DNA from: Pelomyxa schiedti
Lineage: Eukaryota > Protista > Evosea
Reading direction: 5' to 3'
NCBI GenBank assembly: GCA_020536535.1
Contig: JAHLWZ010000359.1
Coordinates: 35,588 to 99,587, forward strand
Length of the DNA stretch: 64,000 nucleotides
Shown here: in pieces, positions 35,062-47,064 of the stretch
Numbering within the stretch: the first letter of the stretch is position 1
Layout of the letters: each line of letters opens with the position of its first letter
The notes under the pieces: generated by a model
Databases searched by the model: none
What the model saw: only the letters and a program-made list of their open reading frames with translations
Told to the model about the DNA's origin: nothing
Program-made: the position numbers and the translations under genes

Positions 35062-35756
35062 TTGTTCTTGCTCGGATTGCTTTGCAAACGGGGTCCAACT
35101 TGGTGGGGTTTGCCACTCAGAGGAGGGTAAAAAGGATTGTTGGAACCAACTGTACCAAGTTTTAACCCAGTCAACAGCTAACTTGGGACCCAACCCTGTT
35201 AGACAAACCCCTAACAAAAATGTCCAACAGCAACACTGTGGCGAGGTGTGATGGATTTCTATACGAGTTTCCCCTGCGCCACAAGCACAAACCATCAAGA
35301 TATTTTAAATCAGTTGTTGGTGCAACCTGTGATTCGGAAAATGCTGAAACCAAAGGGTTAACAGCAACTTGAATCTCATTCCACCATCGTTGGCACATTG
35401 CCTGGAATCTAAACATCCTCATGATAGTAAACTCCAATACCCTCCTAAACCTGCAGATCCCTCCAAACTACCACAACCAAAGAAGATGCTAACACTATGC
35501 TAATACAATTATTAATTATCTGTGAAGGGTGCATGAGCTCTCACACTTTTTGAAACTTCTGAATGAGTCACTGGCAATTGCCACATTTGGACTACTGGTA
35601 TCTGTCAAAAGCCCTTTTCACAATCTCTCCTTTGTTTGCCCTGGTCAGTATATTTCGGGTGGACTTAGTTTGAACCCACTATTCCCCAACAACTGACATT
35701 GTCACTTCAGTGGGACGCGATGATGATTTCTGTGAACATTTTTTTCATTCGACGCA

Positions 35757-36980
35757 ATGAGCCTTGTCAAACAACCAAACAAAGTAGTGACAACATACAC
35801 GAGGTGCACGTGCCGAGAACAGTTCGCGGCCCTTTTGGCATCGTCTGTTTCAAGGTGCGGGGCCAGCAGCCCGGCCCACGGCGTGTCCTGCAACTCCCAA
35901 CTGATGCGCAGCTTGTGGTGCGATCTAGTTATGGGATACACTGACCACTTCGCACTTGTCCTCGAGCCAACATCCCACCGCGCTGCCGACAGGGAGCGGG
36001 TCACCGTCTCGTTTGGCGTGTCACCCATAATGATGGGTATCACGCATTCTCCGAGCATAACTGGTGGGCGTGTGGAGCATGCTTACAAGTGGCTTGGGCC
36101 TGATGCGCGTCTGCTGTACAAGGTCGACAGGGAGCAGGCGCTTGACGTGTCACTATGTCTTGCCTCCTCTTCTGATGACGACGAGGGTGTGCCCCTTGGG
36201 TCATCTTTGGTGGCCTTCTCTCTGGGTATCAATGGAAAGTGGCTTGTCATGTGTGAGATTTCCCTTATCCATCCCGGGGGGCAGAATCTGAGCGTAACAG
36301 ATATACAGGCGCTGCAACGGGGGGAAAAAGCAGCCCCTGTTGTTGTTCCATATCGAACGGGCTCCTTCGCCGGCTCCCACGAAGTGATGATGAACAACGC
36401 AAACCGAGATGAGGCCTTTGTGTCGAGTACCATTGGCGAAACCGCCAATTTCACGCTCGTCGACGTTGCTCAGACCCACAAGACCAACACACTGGTGGTT
36501 GTGAGCTCCACACAGTGTTCCTTTCCTGCATGGATAGCGTACCAGAATGTTGTTGTCCAGAGGAGGGCTAGTGGTGAGGTTGTCTACGTGGTCAATCTGC
36601 ACCTGCTTTCTCAGGGGGACGAAGAGAGGGCTAAGCCTCTATTTCTGGTGGAATCATCCACTCCTGACACAATGACACAGATTGCCAAAGAGTGTGACAA
36701 CCTCTCACAAGTCAGTTCGTCACTGTTCTGTGTGTGCTGCAGGGACACGTTCCAGCTGTGGGACTGCAACAACACAACACACCCACTGCGGTCTGTGTCC
36801 ATCACCAGCGATGCTGATGCCTGTCACATCAAACAAGCTGTTGGTGGAAGTGGTTTCTTGTTTGTCCTCAGAGATGACAACAAGGTCACGGTGATGGAGG
36901 CATTGTCTGGCACAACTGTGCTCACATTCGAGGTCACACGCCCCATTACCTGGATCAACTCAAGCTCCTCCTTGTTGTGA
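35757..36980 (+). CDS. Intronless hypothetical protein of a lineage-expanded family (paralogue of 27002-28339)
   Basis: 407-aa uninterrupted ORF with the same ordered motif set; beta-strand-rich, possibly propeller-like. Confidence 0.8.
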   Translation: MSLVKQPNKVVTTYTRCTCREQFAALLASSVSRCGASSPAHGVSCNSQLMRSLWCDLVMGYTDHFALVLEPTSHRAADRERVTVSFGVSPIMMGITHSPSITGGRVEHAYKWLGPDARLLYKVDREQALDVSLCLASSSDDDEGVPLGSSLVAFSLGINGKWLVMCEISLIHPGGQNLSVTDIQALQRGEKAAPVVVPYRTGSFAGSHEVMMNNANRDEAFVSSTIGETANFTLVDVAQTHKTNTLVVVSSTQCSFPAWIAYQNVVVQRRASGEVVYVVNLHLLSQGDEERAKPLFLVESSTPDTMTQIAKECDNLSQVSSSLFCVCCRDTFQLWDCNNTTHPLRSVSITSDADACHIKQAVGGSGFLFVLRDDNKVTVMEALSGTTVLTFEVTRPITWINSSSSLL

Positions 36981-37131
36981 CCAAAGAATGCAATGAACCC
37001 AAGTAAGATTTGTCTTCATTTGCTGGCATAAAAAGACCAACCACTGTGGTGATGCGTTTACTTTGGCTCGCTGCAAAACCTGGAAATTCAAAAAAAAGTT
37101 TGCAAATCTTTTCGTCAAGAAAATTAATAGA

Positions 37132-39791
37132 ATGAGCGCGGCCCGGGAGGCGTTATCGAGCACCGCTGCAGCGGCCACAGCAACCATAACAACCGTCTCC
37201 TCGGGCTTTTCGCAGCTGGTGACCTCCACGCCCTCTTCGTCGGCTTCTTCCTCCACGTCTCCCCCCACCGGAACGCCCATGTTGGTCGCCTCAGCGACCC
37301 CGTCGCCGTCCGCAACGCCCACGGGGAGCGCAACCAATGCCTCCTCGTCTTCGCCTTCCTCCTCGTCCTCCTCGGGCGCGGCGGCGTCGTCGGGCTCGTG
37401 TACGACCACGACGACGACGAGCGCCGCGGCGTCGTGCTCTTCGACGACCGCGACGTCGGCCCCGCCGTCGTCGGCTTCGTCTGTTGCGGGGATAGCGGCC
37501 GACAGCGCGACGATAAAGGCGCAGGCCAATTTGTTCAACCAGGGGTTTTCGTCGTTCATGAGCAGTGGCGACTTCAGCGATTTGACGATCTGTTTGGGAG
37601 ACAGGCGTTTTCCTGTGCACCAAATCATCTTGGCTTACAGCTCCAAATTCTTCCGGCGGATTCTCAGGCAGCTGAACGAGTGTGTCTGAACATCACTTAT
37701 GGGGAGTAGTGGTGATACCCCATCTTACTTTCACCTTCCTCTTTTTTTTTTTTTTTTTTCCCCATCCTCAAGAGCGGCCCAAGTTGAAGCTGTAAAATTA
37801 CCACCAACTGAGACAACGTCATCTTCAACAAAAGAGGATCACTCACACCGCCATAGGAAACACTCAAGAACTAGTTCTGCTTCATCGGTTCTTACAGGTA
37901 AACTTTTCCAATTCCTAATTTTACACAAACACATTCCACTAAGATTCCAACTCGGCAACCAGTAACAAACGCCCATCGACAACACCCCCTGTAGTCACTC
38001 TCGAACTTCCTGCAAGTGCTACTATTGTATGTTTTCTTCTTTTTTTTCCACCTGTGTAATGAGTGCAAAATTTTATGAAGGTTGACTTTGAACTCATGCT
38101 TAAGTTCATTTATGATGGAGATGTAACAGTGACAGAAGTGAATGCCATCCCCTTCATGAAAATGGCTAATTACTTTGAAGTCAAGGCGTTAAAAAAGCTG
38201 GCGGGAGAATATCTTGCCAGGTATCTCCCAGAAATAAATCCATGTATGAGCTAATTGTATTGGCGATTCGAGAGACTAAGACCCATCCCCCTTACACAGG
38301 CACATCACCAGAGAGAATGCTCTCTCCATGCTGCAACGAGCTGTGGAGTTTGGAGCTGAAGAAGTTCAGACTAAATGCCTTGGTATGAAGATAGAGGACC
38401 TGCACTCTTTCGATGCACGTGTTTCTTACAGTTTTCAGGCACAATTTCAAAGCACTTCAGTCAATTAATTGAAGACGAAGGTGTAGATCCCTTCCTTTCT
38501 CTCCCTTGGAACATCATGGTATTCTAGAAAGATGTAGGCTAAAGGTGCTAATTTACTGTCTAGATAGCACTGCTAAGCCAAGACAACTTGATTACAACAA
38601 GTGAACATTTGGTATACGCAACTGCTTGCCAATATGTGGAATCAAACTCTAGCAAACTCACATCCGTGCAAGTTGACAACTTATTTGAAACTGTCCGATT
38701 CCCCTTGATGACAGTTGAGCAGCTGGAGGAAGCTACACTCAACGCCTTGGTTCCAAGGTATTATTGTTTCTCGTATTGCACTCCCACTACCACAAGTAAA
38801 AATTAGATACCTGTTGACTGAAGCAATGCTCCACAAATTAAAAAGACATGAAAATGCGGGTGCCCCAGCTACTCCCACTACAGACAAGAAACCAGCTGTA
38901 TGTCAGATTTCCTGGCAATGTTGGTACTAACACTGGATTTTTCAAGGCACCCACAGGAAAAGATGTTCTAACAAAGGAAACTGTAAAGGATACTGCCAAA
39001 GAGGCTGAAGAAAAAAAAAAAGCTGCCATGCTCAAACGGTATTCATTTCATTACATCAGTCTTTTAATTGTAACACTTTCACAGGCAAACCCCACGAGCT
39101 GCATTTGCTATCTCCCTGGAGTACACCCATGACTTTGATGAAAATGGGCTTTTTTACTGCATTGGTACAAGCAATAAAAAAGAGGAGTGGACAAATCCAG
39201 CTCACCGCGGAAGAGTCCGTATAGCATGTTCTTCTCAGGTCTCACTTGCGATTCCTTTTTCTTTCTTACACGTCAAAGGAAAAGGGCGATGTATTTGATA
39301 TACTTGATAGGAACCCTCGGGAGTTCTGGACAGCCGATGTTCCTGCCTCCTGGGTTTGCATAAACCTTGGTTCAGGGAGATCATTTGTTCCGAATTACTA
39401 TACACTGAGACATGGCTGTATTAACTCGTAGTCTTTCCTCTTTCCCGTTTAACCAAGATTTTCAGGTAACTCTAAGGCCGACTGCCTAAGAAACTGGCTT
39501 TTACAGGGCTCAAACGATGGCCACAATTGGACTGTAATTCTGAGGCACACTGATGATACTTCTCTCACATCGAACTTTGCCACAGCCAGTTGGCCAATAA
39601 CAAACTGCACACAGTCCTATCGGTATTTCCGCATACTACAAACCGGTAAGACACACTTTTTTAGGGACTCTGTGTCATCATTCTGACGATTATGTTTAGG
39701 ACACAACAGTGCTAACCACAACTTCCTGGCTATTTCTGGTATTGAGATTTATGGGGATCTCTACGAGGCCAAGAAAACAACTTCATCCTGA
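37132..39791 (+). CDS. BTB/POZ-BACK protein with C-terminal HECTD1/discoidin(F5/8)-like domain; multi-exon
   Basis: FSDLTICLGDRRFPVHQIILAYSSKFF, FELMLKFIYDG, ANYFEVKALK, VRFPLM, YTHDFDENGLFYCIGT...WTNP, PNYYTLRH, LRNWLLQGSNDGHNW, YRYFRILQTG, SGIEIYG. Confidence 0.88.
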
Positions 39792-40043
39792 GGCATTGCA
39801 ACACCACATGCATTCAATTTTGTGTAATATCACCGCTTGTTGTACTTACACTCTACATTCAATAAACAACACCCCATTTTTAATGTCCTCCCACTGTTTG
39901 GGATCTAAATCAGAATAGAATAAAGAAGCCACTACAGAAACTTCTCCACCAAAAACCACCCACCCAGTCTATGAAAATAATTACAGCTGTGTAACCGTAC
40001 AAACAAACAACCCCCGCCACAGCCAGCCAACGGACAAAGGCCA

Positions 40044-40319
40044 ATGCCCAAGATTGTAGACGACTTGGGCACAGCGTGGAAGTGGCGGGACTACTGGGGC
40101 ACCGCGTGGCACCACAGAAAGACGCTTCTGCGCCTCAACAAGGCCAAGCGTTGGTTTGTCGTCAACTGCTGCTGTTGCTGTGGGGCGGCAAAGCCCCCCA
40201 AGAAGCGCAACAGCACTAGCACTACCACTACCACTTCCGCCACGACCACGGCAGCAGTGGGTCCGCGTGGAACTATGTCGCCCACTACTGAAAGAAGCCC
40301 CCTGGTTAGTGACAATTGA
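40044..40319 (+). CDS. Small intronless protein (91 aa) with poly-Cys tract
   Basis: ATG-to-stop ORF in otherwise unoccupied space, coding-like GC content; GTAW twice, CCCCC, Thr run, C-terminal TERSPLV. Confidence 0.55.
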   Translation: MPKIVDDLGTAWKWRDYWGTAWHHRKTLLRLNKAKRWFVVNCCCCCGAAKPPKKRNSTSTTTTTSATTTAAVGPRGTMSPTTERSPLVSDN

Positions 40320-40606
40320 GGGATATACATCCCTCCCCAGTTGTTGGCTTTTTCAGTTGGAAGTGGAATTGCCTTGGGTGCAGTAATGCCAAGGGGGGAA
40401 AGGAGTGATGAAGATGAAGAAAATCGACAATGAACGAGGAATGGCAAAAAAGAATTCTCTTGTTTCTTGCTCGTTGGGTGTTTGTTTTTGTAGTTATACA
40501 ACACACAGACAGAAAATGCTGTTGAGGGACTGTACAGTATGTACCAAATGAGATAGGGGCTGAGTTGATGAAAATTGCCCTGCTAGTCATTCCGCCTTGA
40601 AGACTA

Positions 40607-43600
40607 CTACCAGTCCGTTGGTTGGTATCTCTTGCCAACTGCCTCGGTACTAGCAAACCACAACCCATCAGGGTCATTACGGGGTCTTTTTTCAGGTAAG
40701 TGTGGTATGCAGTCGGCCTCAGTGGTGCAGCTTGCCGGTAGGGCCACTACTGGGCCAATGGGGTCCACAGCATACAGCGAGGGCGGCGGCACGGTGATGT
40801 TACCAAGGAAAGTAGTAGAAAGCACCACGACATTGTTGTTGGGCAGTGGTTGTGTCCGGCTTGCTGCTTTGGGTACAAGTTTTGGTTGAAGCTGCTGGAG
40901 GGAAGCAAGGTCTTCATATCCTTCTGGCTCTGTGGGGGTGAGGAAAAGGCTGGGGTACCGTATTACTGGTGGTGGAAGTTGTGTTGTTTTGGGTGAGAGC
41001 GGGAGTGGGAGCGGGTGTGGTGATGGTGAGTGTGCTACTGGTTGAGGGGCTACGCGTGGTTTTTTTGGAATTGGCTTGGATAGTTTGGCAATGTCCTCAT
41101 ATTCGCTTGTGGAGTCTTCCAAAATCTTGGGGACAGTGCTGGGTTTTGGTGCTGGCGACGGTGATGGTGTTGGTGTTGGTGTTGGTGTTGGTGTTGGTGT
41201 TGGTGTTGGTGTTGGTGTTGGTGTTGGTGATATCTTCGATTTTACTGGCAGTGCTTCGACACTTTCATAACCACTGTCAATTAAAGATGAAGCTAAAGGG
41301 AGGCCTTTTGCACTGACAGGCTTGTCGCCAGGAGACCTTGCTTTAGAGGGATGAGAAGCAGAAACGCTTCCTTGTGCAATGGAGTCTCTGCTGGGTTTTA
41401 GAGGAAGCTGGTCATATCCCCCAGTATCTTCTTGTGGTGCTGCTTTCTTCTCAGATGCTGAACCACGACGTTCTGAAGGACGCTCTGTACTGCTGGTAGA
41501 CCCTGAGTTCAAATCCGTGCCATTGTTGCTTGTACTGCCACTACCAGTGCTACTGATGGAAACTGTACTTCCTATGACAGTGTGTTTAGGCAACTCCTCA
41601 CGACTAATTCGAAGATGTAGGGTCTCAAAGTCTGGTCTCTGAGCTGGTGAATCATCCCAACACTAAAGATACATAGAAGGTAACGTGAGAGGAAAGGAAA
41701 TTTATGTAATGCAAACCTGAAGCATCAAAGAGTAGATGGAAGATGGGCAATTTGATGGAGCAGATAACTTGCACCCCCGGCTGACAAGCTCTCCAACTTC
41801 ACTAGGATGTTCAATGTGAGAAAAAGGGAGTTGGCCTTCAGAAAAAATCTCCCACAAAACCTATGTTATAACATGAATTGGAAATAGTTCTGGAAGGAAG
41901 AAAAAGCATACAACTCCAAATGACCACACATCTGACAGGGTGGTGGGTGGTGTTCCTTCTATAACTTCCTTTGCTTTCCATCGTATAAATTCACTTTGTT
42001 TTGAGCGAACTTGGTTTATATGTGTCAGGCCAAAATTGGCAATCTATGTAATGTCACACACGAAAAGGAATTGTATTAAATACTTTCACTTGATAGCCTC
42101 GGGCTGTTGTCAGGTAAACTAAAGTTCGAGCACAAAGGTACTCGTGAACAATTCTGTGCCGGGCAAGATAGGCCATTCCCGCAGCCACATCCCTAAGAAA
42201 AGATTAACAACCTCCAAAAAGTACTGAGATTCACCTGGAGAGATTGATCATAATTTGGTAAGTGAGAGGTTCCGTTTTCAAGAGTGACAATAAACTGCTT
42301 TCAGCAAACTCCGTTACAAGTGAAACTTGCTCACGGATAGTGGCGAGTCCGAAGAACTGAGAAGGGGTCACAAAGAAAAGAAAAGAAAACAAAACAAAAC
42401 AAAGTAACCTGAAGAATATTGGGATGCCTCAGTGAACACATGGCAAGAGCTTCATTTTCCAAAACTTTTTGGTTTGGAGTTTCGAAAAACTGTTTTACAG
42501 CCACACAGGTCCCGTGCCAGACTCCTTTGTAGACCTTACAGCAATTAGATTGATAATTCTAAGTTGAATGTGCAGTACTGTTCCAGAAAAACCCTTGCCG
42601 ATGCATTCTTGAATTTGAACATTCTGCAGATGATGATTTTTGCAGGCGTGCAGAGAAGAGTCAAGTATAATTTTGTCTATAGAGACAGAGCTCAGCCCAA
42701 GTAATTCAAGTTGTTCTCTGTAATATATTTAATTGTCGATTTTACTTCCTTTTCTGCGTTGCACACACTTGTGAATGGATGCCAACTCATCTAAGGAAAT
42801 GTTGTTGGATTTGAAGAGCTCGATATATTGGGGCAATCCGATTTCCGTAAGATAGGTTACAATGTCCTTCCCACCTTCAAGTTCAGGGTTTTGAGTTGTT
42901 TTTCCGGACGAGTGGGTGCAGTCCAGTGAAAGTATGAACTTCTTAAGTGAGCCTTCAATTTTCCCGTATTCAACACTATTTTTTAGTGAAACAGCTATTG
43001 ACTCAGTCACGGCCTCAAGGAGATGAATCTTCTCTTTCGTAAAGATGCCTTCCACTTTATCAGCAAGCTGCACAAGATAAGAGAAGGAAATACATGTCAA
43101 AATCTTACTAAAATAATCCCTAAAGCAGGTGAATCTGCGGCTTTGATTGGCAGAACCATCACTGATTTGAAAGTAGGCTGGCCAAAAAAACACCCTGCCA
43201 CTTGTCGCTAACTGAAAGTTAGAACTATTGTACGCAATTAACTTCTACGAACCTCTTCTGTATTAAAATTCGTAACATAGGAGCCTTTCTTAGTGAAATG
43301 GTCCCTGTCACCCAGAGTACCAAAAAGAACACATCCACATCTAGATTCTTGGCGTTATTATGAGTAGCTTGCAGTATAGGTCGCTCACATGCAAGGATTA
43401 GAGGAATTATGCTGACAGTGAGTAAACTGGGGCTGCTCTTTATGAGCCAGTAGGTGACACTCAACTGGGCCAGTCAAACTCTCGGGTATACCTTCTGAAT
43501 GAACGAGGGGGTAGGATCCTACTTCCCCAGTGGGGTTGACCAGCCATACTGATACACTTTCACACCCCTGTACCGAGAGAAGGAGGAACAAGTTAGAATC

Positions 43601-44027
43601 AGATACAGACGAGATACAGAATTTAAAAAAGAGAGGAGCAATACAGTGCGCGCCATACCGAGTCTTGTTTTAGCATAAAGCACACCGATTTTAACATGTC
43701 GAGCATTCTGAAACTTGATGCCTGCATCTGCCAGCCAAAGTCAGCCAAAGGCCAAAAGGTGGGAGGGTAATAACAAACACCGCAATATCAATCACAACTA
43801 CGGGAGAAGACACAACACATACAACTTGGGTATATTCTCGTGAACGCCTCTCTTGTCTGAGAAGCAGCCGTAGTGCTTCAATGTCTTCGAGGTCGTCTGT
43901 GCATTGACAAAGAGAAAGAAAGGGAAAAAGGGCAACACGGCACACAAGTAAGTTAGGGAGGCACAAGCAAAAGGGGGGTTCGTTTCGCCGATTGTCGCGT
44001 CATTCGCGTACCCAAATCATCCACCAT
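40607..44027 (-). CDS. GAF-like + SAM + tyrosine-kinase-like pseudokinase with Pro-rich, Tyr-motif tail; multi-exon
   Basis: SAM DIVTYLTEIGLPQYIELFKSNNISLDEL; kinase IGKGFSG|VYKGVW, VAVK, LRHPNILQ, GMAYLA, IVHEYLCART, IANFGL, IRWKAKE, SDVWSFGV|VLWEIFSEG, CWDDSPAQRPDF. Confidence 0.85.
41160..41230. repeat. (TGGTGT)n hexamer microsatellite encoding (PT)n in the pseudokinase tail
   Basis: About 11 tandem units visible directly. Confidence 0.9.
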
Positions 44028-44702
44028 AAGGAAAAAAAACGGTTCGTGAACTGGTTGCGTCTCTGGGCTTGGTTTTTTTTATTGCTTGTTGTAAAGTTGG
44101 GCAACTGAAGGACATTAATTCAACATTCCTCGCTGTCCGAATGCGTAGAATCAGAGACAAAAAGGATGTTTTTCTTTTCCTGCGTTCTCGAAGCCGCCTA
44201 AAATAAAACCGTGAATCACCATCTGTAGATTAACCGACACCGAAAATCGGACGGACTCCCTTACCAGGAAGCTCAATCTTCCCCAGAGCAATTGTTCCAT
44301 TCTCCTAAAATTCCGATGTGCACATCAGCGCATCCGTAATGCAAGTTTGTCGGGTAAGCCGCACCTAAACTTGGGCATTCCCCGAGTCGTTTTACTGCAC
44401 CTTTAGTTCCTTGGTGTGTTTTTCAAAACATTTGTTCCACTCACGGAACTATACCTTAGCTGCAAACTCTGTCGAGAGGGCGTTCTGTTTGGAGGTTAGG
44501 GAGCTTTTCTCCAACCGGGACTGAGGGAGAACGAAGAGGGGAGGTTACTTGCGGAAGTGGCATTTAGATAATTTCTAAGCAGGCAATTGCAAAACCTCAT
44601 TAGAAGGAAAAGGAAAAAAAAAAACCCAACAACATCACGCACTCGGGGGTAGATCTCCGCAACACCCACCATTGTTATCGAATCTGACTTGCACAAACAG
44701 AG

Positions 44703-46979
44703 ATGGCAACAGGGGTGAAGGTGCTCAATCCCACGTCGGAGGTGTCGCGACGTGACCAGGCTCTCGCGATGAATTTGTCGGCGGCAAAGGGCCTCATGGA
44801 GGTGTTGAAGTCGAATTTGGGGCCAAAGGGAACCATAAAAATGTGTGTGTGTCGAGCGGCGGTTGTTTCGCTCGTTATTATTGTTGTGCTCACACGGGGT
44901 TTTAAACTAGGCTCGTGAGTGGTGGTGGTGATATCAAATTGACAAAGGACGGGAATGTTCTTCTTCACGAAATGGTTCTTTCCTCCACAATTACGTTATT
45001 TCGTTGCTAACAAAAACAACCAAAACAGCAAATCCAGCACCCTACTGCTAATCTGATCGCCAGGGCTGCTACGGCGCAGGTATTCATTCCCTCTTATTTT
45101 CAATGCGCATTTCCAACATACTCGGCATTGTAGGATGATATTACGGGTGATGGAACAACTTCAATTGTAATTCTTATTGGAGAACTTCTTAAGTTGGTAA
45201 GTTGGGACTCATTTCTTTTCCATTTCTTTGACATATTCGACGCAAAGAGTGAACGTCATCTCTCTGAGGGCATTCATTCACGCACTCTTACTGATGGGTA
45301 AAATGCACTGCACACAATGTAGATTTGTGACTTCTTTTTAGATTTGAATTAGCTAAAACTCGCGCTCTTCAATTTTTGGATGAATTCAAGATAAGAAAGG
45401 AAGTTACTCGTGATGTATTGATTGCTGTTGCCTATACTTCATTGGCCACCAAGGTTGGAAAACATAATCTCGTTCCTGTGTGCAATCGTCTATTCTAAGC
45501 CATTTTCATCCAGTTGGACCCTGAACTTGCCCGCCAACTTTCAACAGTTGTAGTGGATGCCCTTCTCACAATTCAACGACCTGGTGAACCTCTTGACCTT
45601 TTCATGGTTTTATCATTCGTTCTCTGGAAGTGTCCTTACATTCTCAAGGTTGAAATCATGCACATGAAGCACAGACAGGCGACTGAGACAAGACTTGTGA
45701 GAGGTCTTGTCATGGATCATGGTGCAAGACACCCTGATATGCCCAAAAGAGTTGAAAATGCCTTTGTGCTCACATGCAATGTTTCGATGGAGTATGAAAA
45801 GAGGTACTCTTCAGCCAAGGACTTGTCAAAATTTCCAACTATTTTCCAAGTGAGGTGAATGCGGGTCTGTTCTACCGCAGTGCACAAGAACGTACAGCAC
45901 TTGCTGCAGCCGAACGAAAGGTCTGCGATGATACCGTAATGAAAGCAATCGAACTGAAAAGAAAGGTCCGCAGTGCCCTTCCGAAATAGAAACAGACATA
46001 ATGAGTAGGTCTGTGACACGCCAGACAAGCACTTCATTATTGTAAACCAAAAGGGAATTGACCCGCCTTCATTGCAAATGCTGGCTGATGAGGGAATTAT
46101 TGCTTTGAGAAGAGCCAAACGCAGAAACATGGAGAGGTACTTGGCCTCCCTCCCTTACCATCAAATGATACACAAAAATCTTCAGGCTTACCCTCTGCTG
46201 TGGAGGCACACCCCTCAACTCCTTTGAAGGTATGGGTCCTGAAGTTTTGGGACATGCTGGAGTTGTATACGAGCATGTTCTTGGTGAAGAAAAGTATACC
46301 TTTGTCGAGGAATGCAAAAACCCTGGGTCGTGCACTATTCTCATCAAAGGCATGCCCACATAGAAATTGCCTGAAATGTCTCACCTACTCAAAGGACCGG
46401 ACGATCACACCATCAACCAGATTAAAGACGCAGTTAGGGATGGCCTTAGAGCAGTTAAAAATGCCATTGAGGATCAGTCTGTTGTTCCAGGTGCCGGAGC
46501 ATTTGAAGTTGCCCTGTACCGAGAATTGATGCGATTCAAGGATGCTAGTGTCACAGGGCGAGCCAAGCTTGGAGTGCAAGTGTTTGCAGAGGCCCTTCTG
46601 ATAATACCAAAGACTTTATCAGAGAATGCGGGATTTGATCCTATTGATTCAGTGCTTGCAATTCAAGTCGTCTTTCCTTGGCACCTCAGAACATTTTAAC
46701 CTGCCAATAGGATGAGTTTGCCAAAGGAAGAACCACTGGTGTAAATCTTCTCACTGGGCAACCCATGGATCCCGTAGCCGTGGGAATCCTGGACAACACC
46801 TGCGTGAAGAGGCAAATGATAAACTCCAGGTATAGCTTCAACAACCTCAATTGATGTCAAAACCAATTCACAACAGTGCTGTAATTGCCACCGAACTGCT
46901 TCTCGTTGATGTCATCATGCGGGCCGGAAAATCTCAAGGTAACAAGCCCCCTGGCCCCGATGCTGGCCCCATGGACTAA
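44703..46979 (+). CDS. CCT6: Chaperonin CCT subunit zeta; multi-exon
   Basis: [21 protein letters not shown]|[84 protein letters not shown]. Confidence 0.96.
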
Positions 46980-47064
46980 AAACCCCCACAACAAAGACCG
47001 TATTGAATCCTTTTCCCACAACACTTTCTTGCTGGCTTTTTTTTCTCTTAAAACCAATCAAACT

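Noticed and set aside
44340-44375. GTCGGGTAAG resembling a conserved LSU rRNA segment within a small hairpin
   Set aside because: Only about 10 nt match and there is no flanking rRNA similarity
13682-46979. CCT1 and CCT6 in one window as a chaperonin cluster
   Set aside because: About 29 kb apart with many unrelated genes between them; compatible with chance
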